Shown piece after piece: positions 63,161-64,000 of a DNA stretch of 64,000 bases (positions are counted from its first letter, which is position 1; every line of letters begins with the position of its first letter). A program made the translations under genes and the position numbers. The notes beneath the pieces are model-generated. The model did not search any database. It saw only the letters and a program-made list of their open reading frames with translations, and was not told the origin of the DNA. The DNA comes from Dehalococcoidia bacterium (GTDB taxonomy: Bacteria > Chloroflexota > Dehalococcoidia > Lucifugimonadales > Lucifugimonadaceae): assembly GCA_046583455.1 (NCBI GenBank), contig JAYGCG010000094.1, positions 2,121 through 66,120 of the forward strand. Direction: 5' to 3'.

Positions 63161-64000
63161 ATTGACCTCACTTCCTCATACAACCACCGTCGGACTGACG
63201 GATCGCCGTGGGATGAAGGAAGCGCGACCGCGGTTGCCGGATTACCGGGCGGCAACAACACCTTCTGGGGCATTCCATTTTCCGGAAAAGATGCATCGGA
63301 ACCATCGATCATAGTTGCGGGGGCGAGTGGGTCGACCAGCAAGGTGGAGATTCCGATCAACGCACCAGATAACACCGGCATTTCCGGTGCTGGCGCTCAG
63401 TACGTAGTTTTCCAACATGTGTGTGACGCTCGGGCGCTCGACGACGACGGGAACGTGCGGCAACCGTATCCGCTTCAGGCAGGACGCCCGCCTGTTGCGC
63501 TCAATCCCGGCGAACTCCTTGCCGAATACACGCTGGTATACGCAGATGGATCGGAGCACACCGTCCCGGTGCGCCGTCAGTTTGAGATCAACAGCCCGCG
63601 TACACGAGGCCAGAGCACATACGCGGCCAAGGACCATCTTGAGCCGGTAGCGCTGGACTTCCGTGGCCCGTCGCCCAAAAACCTGTGGGGGCGGATGCAA
63701 CTCAACGTCAACGTCGGATCGCTGGACTCCCTGACGAACGGCGAAGGCACATGGCTCTTGTTCGCGCTCCCAAACCCGCACCCGGATCGTCAGATATCGG
63801 GAATACGCGTGACGCCCACGGGCAGGGCATCGATCGGTATCGGGGCGATCACACTTTTCCACGGGAACAACCATCCGCTCCGCCACAGCAAGCTTGAGAG
63901 CGTGGCCGTGGAGCTGCCTGGTGGAGAAGGTTCCGATCCAGCATCGCTGGAGGTCGATATCGACCTCGGGACCGTTGCGCGTTCGTACGCCGTGCCTGCT
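63161..64000 (+). CDS. Hypothetical protein, 3' end outside window (not in the supplied ORF track)
   Basis: The frame is open from 63128 to base 64000 (291 codons, no stop). It reads '..GGNNTFWGIPFSGKDASEPSIIVAG..LAEYTLVYADGSEHTVPVRRQFEINSP..TWLLFALPNPHPDRQISGIRVTPTG..'. Start unclear (TTG 63161, GTG 63344 or GTG 63419). Confidence 0.5.
   Translation, partial: MDLTSSYNHRRTDGSPWDEGSATAVAGLPGGNNTFWGIPFSGKDASEPSIIVAGASGSTSKVEIPINAPDNTGISGAGAQYVVFQHVCDARALDDDGNVRQPYPLQAGRPPVALNPGELLAEYTLVYADGSEHTVPVRRQFEINSPRTRGQSTYAAKDHLEPVALDFRGPSPKNLWGRMQLNVNVGSLDSLTNGEGTWLLFALPNPHPDRQISGIRVTPTGRASIGIGAITLFHGNNHPLRHSKLESVAVELPGGEGSDPASLEVDIDLGTVARSYAVPA

Overview
High-GC (about 60% by eye), densely coding bacterial chromosomal window with about 58 protein genes and one tRNA. 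I saw no rRNA, CRISPR array, transposase or integrase. Gene content in order:
- DNA repair and housekeeping: dinG-like (partial), ogg, cca, rnc, ftsY.
- An envelope cluster: YYY-domain membrane protein with an apparent frameshift, a TIGR03663/ArnT-like membrane protein, a flippase-like protein and an FAD oxidoreductase. This points to a Chloroflexota-like host (inference only).
- SDR and IMPase genes, a NuoE/NuoF/FdhA-like module, trxA, tRNA-Sec, MFS transporter, hpt, RraA-like, typA, lhgO, MOSC, lutABC-pncA.
- Glycerate kinase, two tandem M20 amidohydrolases, nitroreductase, gmk-aroA-tyrA, PAC2.
- Three D-2-hydroxyacid dehydrogenase paralogs around an orphan ComD-like TPP protein, a HAD hydrolase and solA, then a truncated MoxR ATPase.
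- A 9-kb minus-strand corrinoid methyl-transfer / methionine cluster.

Most interesting observations:
1. Selenocysteine decoding. A convincing tRNA-Sec lies at 21736-21833. A DsbA/FrnE-like gene has an in-frame TGA at 4165 exactly where the first Cys of the CPxC motif belongs, with a SECIS-like hairpin just downstream. The supplied ORF track truncates this gene.
2. The cluster at 53785-62927 encodes separate pterin-binding, homocysteine-binding and corrinoid polypeptides, a RACo/RamA-like activator, metF and an ArsR-methyltransferase (SahR-like) regulator. It also carries an extra UroD-family methyltransferase and uncharacterised proteins. It is split into three transcription units, each preceded by a near-identical promoter carrying a palindromic operator.
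3. A family of GTCAT-hairpin REP-like palindromes occupies many intergenic regions.

All functional calls come from motif recognition by eye; no searches were run.
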